In this document: in pieces, positions 7,898 to 17,417 of the stretch
Layout: every line of letters starts with the position of its first letter
Numbering within the stretch: the first letter of the stretch is position 1
Source: a virus
Lineage: Duplodnaviria; Caudoviricetes
Length of the DNA: 55,841 nucleotides
Reading direction: 5' to 3' (one strand)
IMG/VR virus record: IMGVR_UViG_3300037339_000150
Location: 1 to 55,841 of that record
The notes under the pieces: generated by a model
Told to the model about the DNA's origin: nothing
The model's database searches: none
What the model saw: the letters and a program-made list of their open reading frames with translations, nothing else
Position numbers and translations under genes: made by a program

Positions 7898-9985
7898 CTA
7901 GAATAGCGGAAGGTGAACAACAGGCTCTCCATCCTTTTCGGCGAGTTCAACGGTCACGTCGTAAGACTTCTTTGCCTTGAACAACTTAGCCGCTTCCAGT
8001 TGGGCGGCGTACTTCGTGTCGGCATAGACCTCAATCTGCTTGCCCTTGTAGAATGCGATGTATCCGTTCTTCTTTGGGGCTGGCGTATCCGCTGGTTCCG
8101 CAGAATGGAAGTCCTCGCGCGGGAGTTCCCCCGGCATGAAGTTCTTGGCGTAGTTCTGCCCGGCGATGCGGGCCAGAACGTCGGCGTCCCCTTCCGAGAA
8201 GCCGCCCTTCAAGGCCATGTCCCTCACCTTGCCTTCGACCTCCTCGAACGGAGGACGCCCTTCGGTCGGGTAGGTTGACCCGTATTCGGCGACCGTGGCG
8301 ACAGTGTTGTTCCAATTGCGCAATCTATCGTTGTCGGTCTCGCCAGCAGGCAAAACGAGTTCGGATTCTGGCGCGGCGTCGAGGCTCTTCGAGTATTCAA
8401 GGTTCTCTTTCGATGCGTCTTCGGCCTCGGAGTGCGGTCGGAGGTCATAGGTGTCGGAGAGAATCTCGTTGAACGTCTTGGGTTCCCAGTAGAGGTCGCG
8501 CTCGACGGCTGGCATCCCCATCGGGCCTTCGACGCCTTCCATCTCGTCCAGCGAGAAGTAGCCAAACTCCTGCTCGGCCCCGTCCACTAGACCGAAGAAC
8601 GTGCGGCTCTCGGGATCGTACTCCGAGGCGTACCACGTCCAGTTGCTCATCGGCGAGAAGAACTTGACGAGGGCCACGGCTTCCTTGCCCTTCGCCTCGT
8701 TGGCATACAGGGGTGGCAGTTGCTTCTCAAGCTCCTTCGTCAGAAGGAGATGGCCTCGCTTGCCGGTCTTCGCGCCTTCATGGAAATCGGCGGCTGGCTC
8801 GGCAGGCGACCAGTCATCAGGGCCTTCGACGGTCTCGCCCTCGGCGAGAGCTTCCGCCGGTTTCCGTCCCTTTTCCAAATTGGCGTAGTATTCCTCTTCG
8901 CCCATCACGTTGTCGCTCGGCGCGGTGCCCGGAGCGTAGGACGGCGTTGATCCCCCGATGACGCCCGGCCGCCCAGCGTGTCCGAAGTGGCCCGACCCCG
9001 GACCCCCACGCAGAATGGAAATGTCGTCAAGAGTCGAGCCGAACACAAAAGGGCGGTAGCGCACTTCACCCGGAGCCGACCGAGCCGCCAGCGATGCCGC
9101 CGCGCCTCTGGAAAGCTCCTTCATGTACCAGTCTCCGCCGCCCACCGGGCGCATCAGGGTCGAGCGAACGAGGATGGCACCATCCGGCGTGTCCACGAAG
9201 CGCCGGAACAGGTACTCCTCAGGGACACCCGGATTGGAAAAGCGTTCCCAGCCCTCTTCGAGGGCGAGGTCGGCGGCTTCCTGATACCCGCGCTCGTAGG
9301 CGCGCACGTTCAGCATGGCCTTGACGGTTCGCAGGGACGCGGGCAGAGAGCGCCAAACGCCGGACGATACCTGAGCCGGGCGCATGGCCGGGCTATCGCC
9401 CTTGCCAGCCGCCAGCATCTCGGCGTCATGCTTGGCTTCAATATCGCGCTCCAACCGACGGACCGCGATGATGTGCGGATCATAGTGTGTCATGGGCTTC
9501 TTCCCTCGCTCAATCCGAGAACCGCTCAACCCGATGTCGTCTGCTTCGATGGTCTGCTTCATCGGTTCTCCGAGCTTCATGGTCTGGGTGGCCTCTTCGA
9601 CGGCCCACATTGCCTTCTCGCGTGCGCACCCCTCAGGATCAGGAGCAGTGGAGCACACGCCTTGGAGGGCGGCGTGGAAGGCCTCTTGATAAACCTGCCC
9701 CATCTCAACGCCGAGGTTCCCTTGAAGCGGAGTGGGGACTTCGGCAATCACGCCCGTCATGTCTGCCCCGGTCGCGATCAGATCGCCTTCGGCCTTCTCA
9801 ACCCACTGGCCGTCCTTGCTCTTCTTGTAAACGTTCTTGACTGCGGACCATGCGATTGATGCGGCGCAGGCATCCCGGTCGGAGCGTTCCTTGCAGGTCC
9901 CGCTGTAGGCAGACTCGAAAGCCGAGCGCCAGATGTCAGCGGCGTGGCCGCTCAGTGTCGAGGGGGCAGTGGGCTTTCCGGGCAT
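7898..9985 (-). CDS. Tagged multidomain protein: ChaB (x2) + tag + DUF2958-like + small C-terminal domain
   Basis: ChaB pattern HAADIWRSAFESAY...IAWSAVKNVYKK..GQWVEK; DUF2958-like VKFFSP.SNWTWYASEYD...FFGLVDG.E.EFGYFSLDE...ERDLYW; tag at 8948..9010. Start 9985 (RBS) or 9997. Confidence 0.8.
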   Translation of the reverse strand: MPGKPTAPSTLSGHAADIWRSAFESAYSGTCKERSDRDACAASIAWSAVKNVYKKSKDGQWVEKAEGDLIATGADMTGVIAEVPTPLQGNLGVEMGQVYQEAFHAALQGVCSTAPDPEGCAREKAMWAVEEATQTMKLGEPMKQTIEADDIGLSGSRIERGKKPMTHYDPHIIAVRRLERDIEAKHDAEMLAAGKGDSPAMRPAQVSSGVWRSLPASLRTVKAMLNVRAYERGYQEAADLALEEGWERFSNPGVPEEYLFRRFVDTPDGAILVRSTLMRPVGGGDWYMKELSRGAAASLAARSAPGEVRYRPFVFGSTLDDISILRGGPGSGHFGHAGRPGVIGGSTPSYAPGTAPSDNVMGEEEYYANLEKGRKPAEALAEGETVEGPDDWSPAEPAADFHEGAKTGKRGHLLLTKELEKQLPPLYANEAKGKEAVALVKFFSPMSNWTWYASEYDPESRTFFGLVDGAEQEFGYFSLDEMEGVEGPMGMPAVERDLYWEPKTFNEILSDTYDLRPHSEAEDASKENLEYSKSLDAAPESELVLPAGETDNDRLRNWNNTVATVAEYGSTYPTEGRPPFEEVEGKVRDMALKGGFSEGDADVLARIAGQNYAKNFMPGELPREDFHSAEPADTPAPKKNGYIAFYKGKQIEVYADTKYAAQLEAAKLFKAKKSYDVTVELAEKDGEPVVHLPLF

Positions 9986-10027
9986 GGCAAACTCCACCTT
10001 CTGCGGGCTTTCTACTCCCTAGAATAA

Positions 10028-10059
10028 GCATTTGTCCTTCCGTTGGGAAGGACAAATGC
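10028..10059. promoter_or_regulatory. Perfect 14-bp inverted repeat (operator or RNA hairpin) upstream of the ChaB-protease-capsid genes
   Basis: GCATTTGTCCTTCC-GTTG-GGAAGGACAAATGC, with TTGACA on the minus strand at 10064..10069. Confidence 0.6.
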
Positions 10060-10095
10060 ACCATGTCAACTATTCCGTTTTCGGCGGATTTGGGG

Positions 10096-10374
10096 CTAGT
10101 AGACCATCTCCGGGTCTTCTTTGGGGAGCGTCCCTACCTGCTCAAACTCGGCTCCCAAGTCCGTTGCCGCCCTTTTCGCCACCGTTTCGGCCGGGCGAGG
10201 ATCGTACTGGAACCCGTAGTTTGGGATCAGCAGGGGAAGCATGGTTGGGAGATACAGGGCGTTCAGGTTGTCCCTCAGCACCTCGTCGTCCGACCGCCAG
10301 CCGGAACCCGGCACGAACTCGGCCGTCCTCCCCGAGGGAAAGGTGATGCGGTAGAAGAAGAGGTCGCTCATCAC
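10096..10374 (-). CDS. Small hypothetical protein; possible partner/immunity protein of the upstream peptidase domain
   Basis: Overlaps the upstream stop; resembles the N-terminal ~85 aa of 21594..23102. Confidence 0.7.
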   Translation of the reverse strand: MMSDLFFYRITFPSGRTAEFVPGSGWRSDDEVLRDNLNALYLPTMLPLLIPNYGFQYDPRPAETVAKRAATDLGAEFEQVGTLPKEDPEMVY

Positions 10375-12083
10375 TCACGCTCCAATCTGAGCCAGTCGCC
10401 CTTGAGGGCAGTAATGGCAAAGTTGAACAACTCGGGATCGGCGGCGGCGAGCATCGCCGGGTTCAGCGCCAATTGGCCTGCCGCCGTGCTCAGGACCTCG
10501 CTTTGGTATCGGGTGTCGGGGTACGTCCGTCCGGTATAGGGGTCCGCGAACCTGTCGGGTCTCTGGGGGACAAGGCCCGCGAGGAATTGCGTGCGATCCC
10601 CGCCTGCGCGATGCCTGTAGAACATCCACCCCAGCTTCCTGAGAGACATTCTGCGATTTTCAATGCCGTGTATCGACTCGTGGGCCATCGTCGAGTATGA
10701 CGGATTGCCCATCGCAATCAGGTCAATCTCAGAGTTGAACTGCCCGCCGTCGTTCAAGGGGCCGGTGGTCCTTCCGACAACTACGCCGTCCAAGTCCTCC
10801 AAGAGTTCCGGGGCGACAATCGTGGAGAGCACGTTCTTCGCCAATTCAAGGTGGGTTCTGGCGTCCGGCATCTGAGCTTCCGAGAAAGGCTCATAGTCTG
10901 GCGACGGGCTTTCCTTCTCGATCAACTTGAGAGGCACAGTCTCCGGCCGCGGTTCGTCGGAGAAGGCGTTGAAGAGGGGCTTCAGGTCTTCCCTCATCAC
11001 CCGGACGGCGACTCCCGCAACTTCGCTCTGGTGCTCCGTGAAAATCTTGCGATCCCCATTGAGCTTCTTTTCGATGGCGTCAAGGCGTGCCCTATCCGGG
11101 TCGCCGGATTCCAGTAGGGCCTCACGTTCGGCTATTCCCTCCGCCAGCCGCGCGGCGTATGTCTTCTGGTCTTCTTGCAGGGCATAGGGGAGTTGGGAAT
11201 CGTGGCTGGCAACCGTCTTGCGCACGCTCTCCGCCTTGCGCATGTCGCTCATCACGGTGTCCCATCGGTCCCAGTCTTGCTCCGTAAGGCCAAAGTCCAG
11301 CGCCCGCTCGTCGGCGGCGAACTTGACGGCCACCGCCTCTTTCTGGGAGTGGTAAACACCGCGCATGACTTGGGCGACGGCCGAACGCATCGGCTCGTCC
11401 ACTGCCTGCATGAAGGCCGAATCGTAGTCGATGGAGCCGTCTATCTTTACTGTTCTTCCCAGTGAGTACCAAGTCGCGGGGTCCGGGGCCTCCCTGTCCA
11501 GCGCCAGCATGAGAGTCCCGAGCACGATGTTCGTGCGGTTCTCTCCGATGAACGGGTCTTCGTCCTCGATGCTGTCAAGGAAGTGGGATGCCCGTTGCCC
11601 GGCCCGCGTGTGGATTTCGGCGCTGGGTTCCGTGCTGTCGCCCATCTTCTGAACCGCGGCGACAAGCGCCGGGAGCACTGTTTCGATGGGAGGCAAGGGA
11701 GACTGGCCGGGCGGTTGGATTCTTTGGTAATCGGCGTAGAAGTCACGGGCGATGTCCGAGCGCCAGAGTTCCTTCGCGTGGAGGTCGGAGAGCCACGACT
11801 CTTTCTTCTTGGCACCCTCAAGGGTTGGTCTCCAAGCGTCCAGAGCGTCGAGTGCCTCTTGATCCCAGCCTCGCATGAACGTCCGCTTCCCGTCCACCAT
11901 CGTAGTGCCGTCCCCCTGCTTGGCGGGCCTGCCCCACGCCTTCTTGCCGGGCAACGAATGGAAATCGGACGGTTGTGAGCCTCCGACCTCGCCGGGGCGT
12001 CCTTCGTGACCGAAGTGCCCGGAGCCAGCGCCGCCGCGCCTCACCAGCGACAGATACCCTTCGATGGTCAGCAGTTTGCTCAT
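10371..12083 (-). CDS. Tagged protein with C-terminal zincin-like metallopeptidase domain
   Basis: Tag at aa 16; HESIH...YTGRTY...EVLS...NPA...DPELFNF. Confidence 0.8.
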   Translation of the reverse strand: MSKLLTIEGYLSLVRRGGAGSGHFGHEGRPGEVGGSQPSDFHSLPGKKAWGRPAKQGDGTTMVDGKRTFMRGWDQEALDALDAWRPTLEGAKKKESWLSDLHAKELWRSDIARDFYADYQRIQPPGQSPLPPIETVLPALVAAVQKMGDSTEPSAEIHTRAGQRASHFLDSIEDEDPFIGENRTNIVLGTLMLALDREAPDPATWYSLGRTVKIDGSIDYDSAFMQAVDEPMRSAVAQVMRGVYHSQKEAVAVKFAADERALDFGLTEQDWDRWDTVMSDMRKAESVRKTVASHDSQLPYALQEDQKTYAARLAEGIAEREALLESGDPDRARLDAIEKKLNGDRKIFTEHQSEVAGVAVRVMREDLKPLFNAFSDEPRPETVPLKLIEKESPSPDYEPFSEAQMPDARTHLELAKNVLSTIVAPELLEDLDGVVVGRTTGPLNDGGQFNSEIDLIAMGNPSYSTMAHESIHGIENRRMSLRKLGWMFYRHRAGGDRTQFLAGLVPQRPDRFADPYTGRTYPDTRYQSEVLSTAAGQLALNPAMLAAADPELFNFAITALKGDWLRLERE

Positions 12084-12086
12084 GCT

Positions 12087-13025
12087 TCATTCCTCGCAGG
12101 GATCGGGGCCAGTATACCCCATCGACCGCGCCCAAGCCGTCACGCTCGCTTCCCAGCTTTCGCAGGGTTCCGGTTCGGGGACAACCGGCGGCGGCGGCGC
12201 GGCCAGCCACGGCTCCACGGACTTCCATGCCGTCCACCACTCCTTGACTTTCAGCCCGCTGTTGAAATGCCAGTTGGACTGGCCCGGCAGGCTCAGGGAG
12301 CGCACCCGATTGGAAAACGCGATGATGCCCGGCACATCACAGGTGCCGCCATCGCCGTTATAGAGACGCCCGGCGGGGACATAGGGCTTGGGCGTGAACT
12401 TCCGCCACTGCTCGTAGGACGCGTTCAGCCAGAACTCGGCCCAGTACGCCCCCTTGTTCGGCCAGTAGACCATCGGAGCGGCGAAGTCCAGAACGGCCAT
12501 CGCCCGCTTGGCAACATCCACTGGATGCCACGGCGTCCCCTTGTTCGAGGTGTAGGGTGAGAAGAAGCAGGGCCACGAGCACCAGCCGCCGGGCTTGTTG
12601 GTCCCGGCCTTGAACTCGGAGGCCACGACATGCGCTCGCTCGGCGGCGTTCGGTTGCTTGTCGAATGCCCCCTCGGCGTCAAACTCCCAGCCGTCCAGCT
12701 TCAGGCGCTCGACCTGCTTGGCGGCGAACTGACCCTCGCCCTTGGGGTTGTAGCCCCGGTTGAAGCCCCAGCCGTCGATGCGGATGGCCCACTGCACCTT
12801 CTCGCATTCCGCCCGAACCTGCGCCACCCACTCGGGCTTCACGTTCTCGCCCCACTTCGGGTAGTAGATCGGCGAGAGCATGTAGGGGCCAGCCTCCTGA
12901 GCCGCCTTCACTGCAATGCGCTCGATGCGAGAGTCCTTGAGGGCAAGCGCCAGCGCCGCCGGATCGCCGCGCAGGACATCGGGGACCACCCAGTAGAAGA
13001 TGCTCTTGCCGAAGATGAGCGCCAT
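12087..13025 (-). CDS. Putative glycoside hydrolase / cell-wall hydrolase (TIM-barrel, GH25-like)
   Basis: GKSIFYW...IAVKA...GWGF...FDAEG...APMVYW...PAG pattern; Pro-rich linker and short C-terminal tail; no tag. Confidence 0.6.
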   Translation of the reverse strand: MALIFGKSIFYWVVPDVLRGDPAALALALKDSRIERIAVKAAQEAGPYMLSPIYYPKWGENVKPEWVAQVRAECEKVQWAIRIDGWGFNRGYNPKGEGQFAAKQVERLKLDGWEFDAEGAFDKQPNAAERAHVVASEFKAGTNKPGGWCSWPCFFSPYTSNKGTPWHPVDVAKRAMAVLDFAAPMVYWPNKGAYWAEFWLNASYEQWRKFTPKPYVPAGRLYNGDGGTCDVPGIIAFSNRVRSLSLPGQSNWHFNSGLKVKEWWTAWKSVEPWLAAPPPPVVPEPEPCESWEASVTAWARSMGYTGPDPCEE

Positions 13026-13026
13026 G

Positions 13027-14223
13027 TCAACCTCCGCTGTTCTGCTTGATAAAGTTCAGGATGTAGGGCCGGGCATACTTCCACTCCCAGTTGCCGCGCT
13101 TCACTTCGTTGATGACGCCCACACCACCCTTCTCTCTGAACTCTGAGTAGAGCGAGAACTGGTGCATGGCGTAGTTGCCGCCGGGGAGCGGCTTGAGCAT
13201 GTAGACCCAGTTCTCGGAGGCGTCCTTCTTGACCTCGCTCACCGGGCGCATCCCCAAGTCCGCCACCATCTTCTCGGCGTTCGGCATCCCGTGGTCGAAC
13301 GGATCGGTCACAGAAGGCTCGGGCACAGCCATCTTCACCAACTTGTTGCCCTTCACGAAGTCGTAGCCGTGCTTGCCGACCGAGACCTCCAACTTGGCAG
13401 TCAGGGCGTTCTCCGGCGGCGACCACGATTGGAAAAAGGCTTGGACCTCGCCCTGCTCCCCCTCCACCTTCGCCTGCTTCCCCTCGAAGCTCTGGCGAGC
13501 GATTGCCAAGTCCTGCTCGATGAAGGCGTTGGGATCGGACTCGGCGCGAGCCAAGAACTCGGCTTCCTTCTTCTTCTCCTTGGTCCAGAACATCCCGGCC
13601 AATCCGCCGGGGTGCCCCTCGTGGCCGTAGACCTTGAACAAGCGGTCGCGGGTAGCGGCGTTCATCGCCCATTCTTCCTTGCGCTTGTCCCAGAGGTCCT
13701 TCAGGGACGGAGGCCAGTCTTCGGGGTTCGCGCCGTACTTCGCCAGTTCGTTCTTGTCCGGCGCAATGATGTCCAGCAACGTCGGATTGGTAATCGGCTG
13801 GCCGGGCTTCGGCAAGTAGAGTTGTGCCACCAGCGCCCATCGGGCGTCTTGCAGGCGGGTAAGAACGGCGGGCATTGGTCCCTGAGCAGGACCCTCCTTG
13901 GCCGGAACGAACGGCACCTTCTTCTCTCCGCCGCACTGGAAGCAGACGCCCTCTGCGACGTGCTGGTACTGGTCGAGGTACCCGGTTCCGCCGCATCGCG
14001 GGCAGTCAACAAGATCGCCGGGCTTGGGACCCTCGCCCTCGGCCGAATGGAAATCGCTCGGCTGGCTCCCCCCAACCTGCCCCGGCCGACCGGCGTGCCC
14101 GTGGTGCCCCGATCCCGGCCCGCCGCGCTCGACGATGGTCCGGCCCTCAATCATCGCCTGTGCGATGACGCTTTTCGGTATGACGACGATCTTGCCGTCG
14201 GCGTCAAGTATCGGAGAGGTCAT
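13027..14223 (-). CDS. Tagged protein with CxxCxGxG zinc finger
   Basis: Tag at aa 33; CPRCGGTG...GVCFQCGG. Confidence 0.78.
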   Translation of the reverse strand: MTSPILDADGKIVVIPKSVIAQAMIEGRTIVERGGPGSGHHGHAGRPGQVGGSQPSDFHSAEGEGPKPGDLVDCPRCGGTGYLDQYQHVAEGVCFQCGGEKKVPFVPAKEGPAQGPMPAVLTRLQDARWALVAQLYLPKPGQPITNPTLLDIIAPDKNELAKYGANPEDWPPSLKDLWDKRKEEWAMNAATRDRLFKVYGHEGHPGGLAGMFWTKEKKKEAEFLARAESDPNAFIEQDLAIARQSFEGKQAKVEGEQGEVQAFFQSWSPPENALTAKLEVSVGKHGYDFVKGNKLVKMAVPEPSVTDPFDHGMPNAEKMVADLGMRPVSEVKKDASENWVYMLKPLPGGNYAMHQFSLYSEFREKGGVGVINEVKRGNWEWKYARPYILNFIKQNSGG

Positions 14224-17200
14224 TCTTCACCTTCCAGATAGGACGGGGCTGGTCCGCCATTGAGAACGAAATTGATAATCTCCCTCTGGTGTGGCGTCGC
14301 CTTGGCTTCGTAGTCCGGGTGTCTCGACATCGCGTAGCACTCAGCTATGAGTTCTTGGCGGTTCGTCGTCGCATAGAACGAGATGTTGTCCGAGACGGGC
14401 TTCTCGTAGGCGTTTTTCGCCGGTATGTCGCCAGCGCCAGTTGAGAGCAACCGCTGGCTGGCCTTCCGCGCCGAGGGGAATACATCAAGGGCATCGAGAT
14501 GGTGCCCGTACTCATGTAGGATCACGCCGGTCTCTATCGGCGAATACATCGAAGTCGCCGACATCCTTTCTGTGAAATCCCAAGCAGGCGGCTTCCCCTT
14601 GTGCTCATCGTCCCACCATTTCTGTCCGCTGACCCCGAAGAGGTCCGGGTAATCGAAGGCCCAGAACCCCCTCATGTAGGACAGGTATTTCCCCGCCGCC
14701 CCATCGTTCAGTTCGGATTTTGCAAAGGCCCCTCGCGTTGGGTGCTTTGCGACGAAGGCATCCAGTTCTTCGTCGCTCGGCGAGGGCGTCAGTATCAAGG
14801 CCATTGGGCTTTCAGCGAAAGCGCCGTCTTGCAGAAGTCCCTCGTAAGCATCGAGGTACGCTCTCGCCTGACTCTCGACCATCAGACGACCACCGCTGGC
14901 ATCAAACGCTATAGTCATTGGGTGTCGGCCTTTGTCCGTCCTGATTTCCTTGGCAACCTGCTCTTCAAAATGTCCGCGCCAGTATTCTCTGGCCTCTGGC
15001 TCGAAATCCTCAAGCCGACTCTCCATCCTTCGTTTGGCGTTGCTGTCCCACAGCTTGTCGAGGTCGTCCTTCGACCACGCCACAGTTCCCCCAAGCCTTT
15101 CGATGCGCCGTCGAGTTTCCTGCATGTCGTCTGGGTACGATCTTCGTTTCTGCGCCGAATGGAAATCGTCGGGCAGGCTTCCCCCAACCTCGCCCGGACG
15201 GCCTTCGTGATCGAAGTGGCCGCTACCGGGGCCGCCGCGTAGGGTGAGGCGGCGAGTGAGGGTGAGCGAGCGTTCAACCGAATGGACATCGCCGGAGATG
15301 CGCCGCTCCTCGCCCAACCACTCATCGACCTTGGGCTTCAACTGCTCCTCGGCTTCCCCTCGGATGTAGCGGATCAGACCTTCTGGGCCGCTCCCCACAT
15401 CCTCAACGACCTTGTAGTATTCCTCCTCGCCCTTCGCAAGCAACTCCTCCTCGAAGTAGCGGGGCGTCGTTTCTCCTTGGTAGAGGTCTTGCATGGGAAC
15501 CACTCGGGCATTGGGGATGCCCTCGCCGCCCATCACCACAAACTCCGACTCGAACCAGCATGGAAATCCCGTGTGCGCTATGGCGACGACTTTGGAGAGC
15601 GGGACATCCGCCACCATCACGAACCCGTTGTGCAGAGGGACCTCGTAATCCATTTCTTCTTCCGTGAGTTCCCCGGTCTCTGCGTCGTGTTCGGGCGCAT
15701 CTTCGCCTTCGGGCACGGGAACGGCGAACTTCAGGGCGTCCTCTACTCCGCTGGCCCACGATGCTAGGGAGTAGGTCTTGACCGTCGTGGGTTCTTCTCT
15801 CATCGCCCCGCCGGGATTCCACTTGCCAAACGTGCTCTCCCCTTCGTGCTCGTCGCGCACTCCCCGATACAGGCGCATGGTGTCCTTGTCCGGGTCCAGC
15901 CCGATGCGCCGGAAGAAGTCCTGCGTCTGAGCGTACTGATACTCAAGGAACTTGCGCGCCGCTTCCCTACCGCCCGTTCGATCCATCTGATCGTAGTAGT
16001 CCGTGGCATCAACTCCCTTGAGGAACCGGGTTGTCTGCGAGTGCAGTTCTCCCAAGTCCTCGGAGTCGTATGTGTCCCGCCCCGGAGCCTCGCCGCCCCA
16101 CAACTCGGCCGCGACCTCTGCCGTGAGGATAGACGTGGGCACGGCATTCGTCCGTGTCCAGCCCACGTTGATTTCGTCGGCGATGGCTCGAAGTTCCTCG
16201 GGAGCATCCTCAGGAACCCACTGGTATCGGTCTGCCGCGTTCAGCGCATGGACGACATTGGAAACCGTGGCCGGTCCGCGGTTCTCCTCGAACCATGCAA
16301 CGGCCTTCTTGTTGCCGCCCACCAATTCCTTACCCAGATTGTCGATGAGCGTGTCGTGAATGTCCCTTGGAATCGAGGGCATACTGGTGGACCTAGAAAG
16401 CGCATCGTAGAGTTGCTCCGCGGTGTCGAACCGGCTGTCCATCCCGGAGTCCCTTTGACTCATCCAGCCCGTGACCAACTCGACCTGCCGGGAATCCAGC
16501 CCCCTGAACAGAGGCTTTGCGTCGGCAGGTGGCTTGTAGTTCGAGGCTTCTGCCAGACCCGGAACGTCCTTCGTGTCCTCGGCCAGAGCCTTCATCTTCT
16601 GATAGAAGGCCTCGGCCTTCGCCGCTTGCTTCTTCGATGAGAAGCCAGCGCCCTTGGTAATCCGCTCGTACTCGTACATCGACATCAGGGCCAAGTGCCT
16701 CGCCGAGGCCCTGCCGATTTCCTGTACCTGCTCATCGGTGGCATCATCGCCGAACGCCATCTGTGCTTGTTCCACAAGGCTGTATCCGTTGTTGGGAACA
16801 GCCAGCCGGAGGAACCAAGACGTGCTATCGCCTTCGGCCCCGAGCGCGGTCATCGCGGCGCGTCCCGCGAACTGGTCGAGCGCGGCGTCCGCCTCTATTT
16901 GCAGATCGTCAAGCATCTTGGCCGTGGTCTCGCTCGACGGGAACTTCGCCTCCCTCGCCTCCGTCTCCGTCTTCCCTGCGGCCATCAACTCGTCAAGGGT
17001 CAAATGGGCGGTGCCGGGCTTCTTCTTGCCTTGCGCTGAATGGAAATCGCCGGGCTGTGATCCGCCGCGGTGCTTGGGGATTCCCTTGTGACCGAAATGC
17101 CCCGATCCCGGCCCCCCGCGGAGAACCGCGCCAAGTTCGCCACCTGCGGCCCGCACGGACTTCCCGGTGGCGTCCAACTGGTCCTGCGTCTTTCCGTACT

Positions 17201-17417
17201 CCTTCTCCGCCATGACCGCCATCCACTTCCAGAAGAAGCGGTCTGGCGTGACGAACCCGCCGTCGCTCTCATCGAGCGTCGGCGTGACATCCGGCTCCTC
17301 GGGCTGGCCGATGACCTTGCGCAGTTCCGGCTCCCGCTGTTCGAGCGCGTCAGCCAGACGGCCTAGCGTGCGGTCGTCACCATCGTCGGCGAAGGAGGTC
17401 TTGATAATCCGGCTCAT
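14220..17417 (-). CDS. Doubly tagged polyprotein: ADP-ribosyltransferase-like + zincin metallopeptidase
   Basis: LYRGV...LASWAS...ESEFVV (R-S-E pattern); after the second tag, HEYGH...ISFYATTNRQELIAE. Confidence 0.8.
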   Translation of the reverse strand: MSRIIKTSFADDGDDRTLGRLADALEQREPELRKVIGQPEEPDVTPTLDESDGGFVTPDRFFWKWMAVMAEKEYGKTQDQLDATGKSVRAAGGELGAVLRGGPGSGHFGHKGIPKHRGGSQPGDFHSAQGKKKPGTAHLTLDELMAAGKTETEAREAKFPSSETTAKMLDDLQIEADAALDQFAGRAAMTALGAEGDSTSWFLRLAVPNNGYSLVEQAQMAFGDDATDEQVQEIGRASARHLALMSMYEYERITKGAGFSSKKQAAKAEAFYQKMKALAEDTKDVPGLAEASNYKPPADAKPLFRGLDSRQVELVTGWMSQRDSGMDSRFDTAEQLYDALSRSTSMPSIPRDIHDTLIDNLGKELVGGNKKAVAWFEENRGPATVSNVVHALNAADRYQWVPEDAPEELRAIADEINVGWTRTNAVPTSILTAEVAAELWGGEAPGRDTYDSEDLGELHSQTTRFLKGVDATDYYDQMDRTGGREAARKFLEYQYAQTQDFFRRIGLDPDKDTMRLYRGVRDEHEGESTFGKWNPGGAMREEPTTVKTYSLASWASGVEDALKFAVPVPEGEDAPEHDAETGELTEEEMDYEVPLHNGFVMVADVPLSKVVAIAHTGFPCWFESEFVVMGGEGIPNARVVPMQDLYQGETTPRYFEEELLAKGEEEYYKVVEDVGSGPEGLIRYIRGEAEEQLKPKVDEWLGEERRISGDVHSVERSLTLTRRLTLRGGPGSGHFDHEGRPGEVGGSLPDDFHSAQKRRSYPDDMQETRRRIERLGGTVAWSKDDLDKLWDSNAKRRMESRLEDFEPEAREYWRGHFEEQVAKEIRTDKGRHPMTIAFDASGGRLMVESQARAYLDAYEGLLQDGAFAESPMALILTPSPSDEELDAFVAKHPTRGAFAKSELNDGAAGKYLSYMRGFWAFDYPDLFGVSGQKWWDDEHKGKPPAWDFTERMSATSMYSPIETGVILHEYGHHLDALDVFPSARKASQRLLSTGAGDIPAKNAYEKPVSDNISFYATTNRQELIAECYAMSRHPDYEAKATPHQREIINFVLNGGPAPSYLEGEE

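Noticed and set aside
12908-13996. 362 aa alternative-frame minus-strand ORF
   Set aside because: Arg/Gly-rich frame shadow inside the tagged 398 aa gene.
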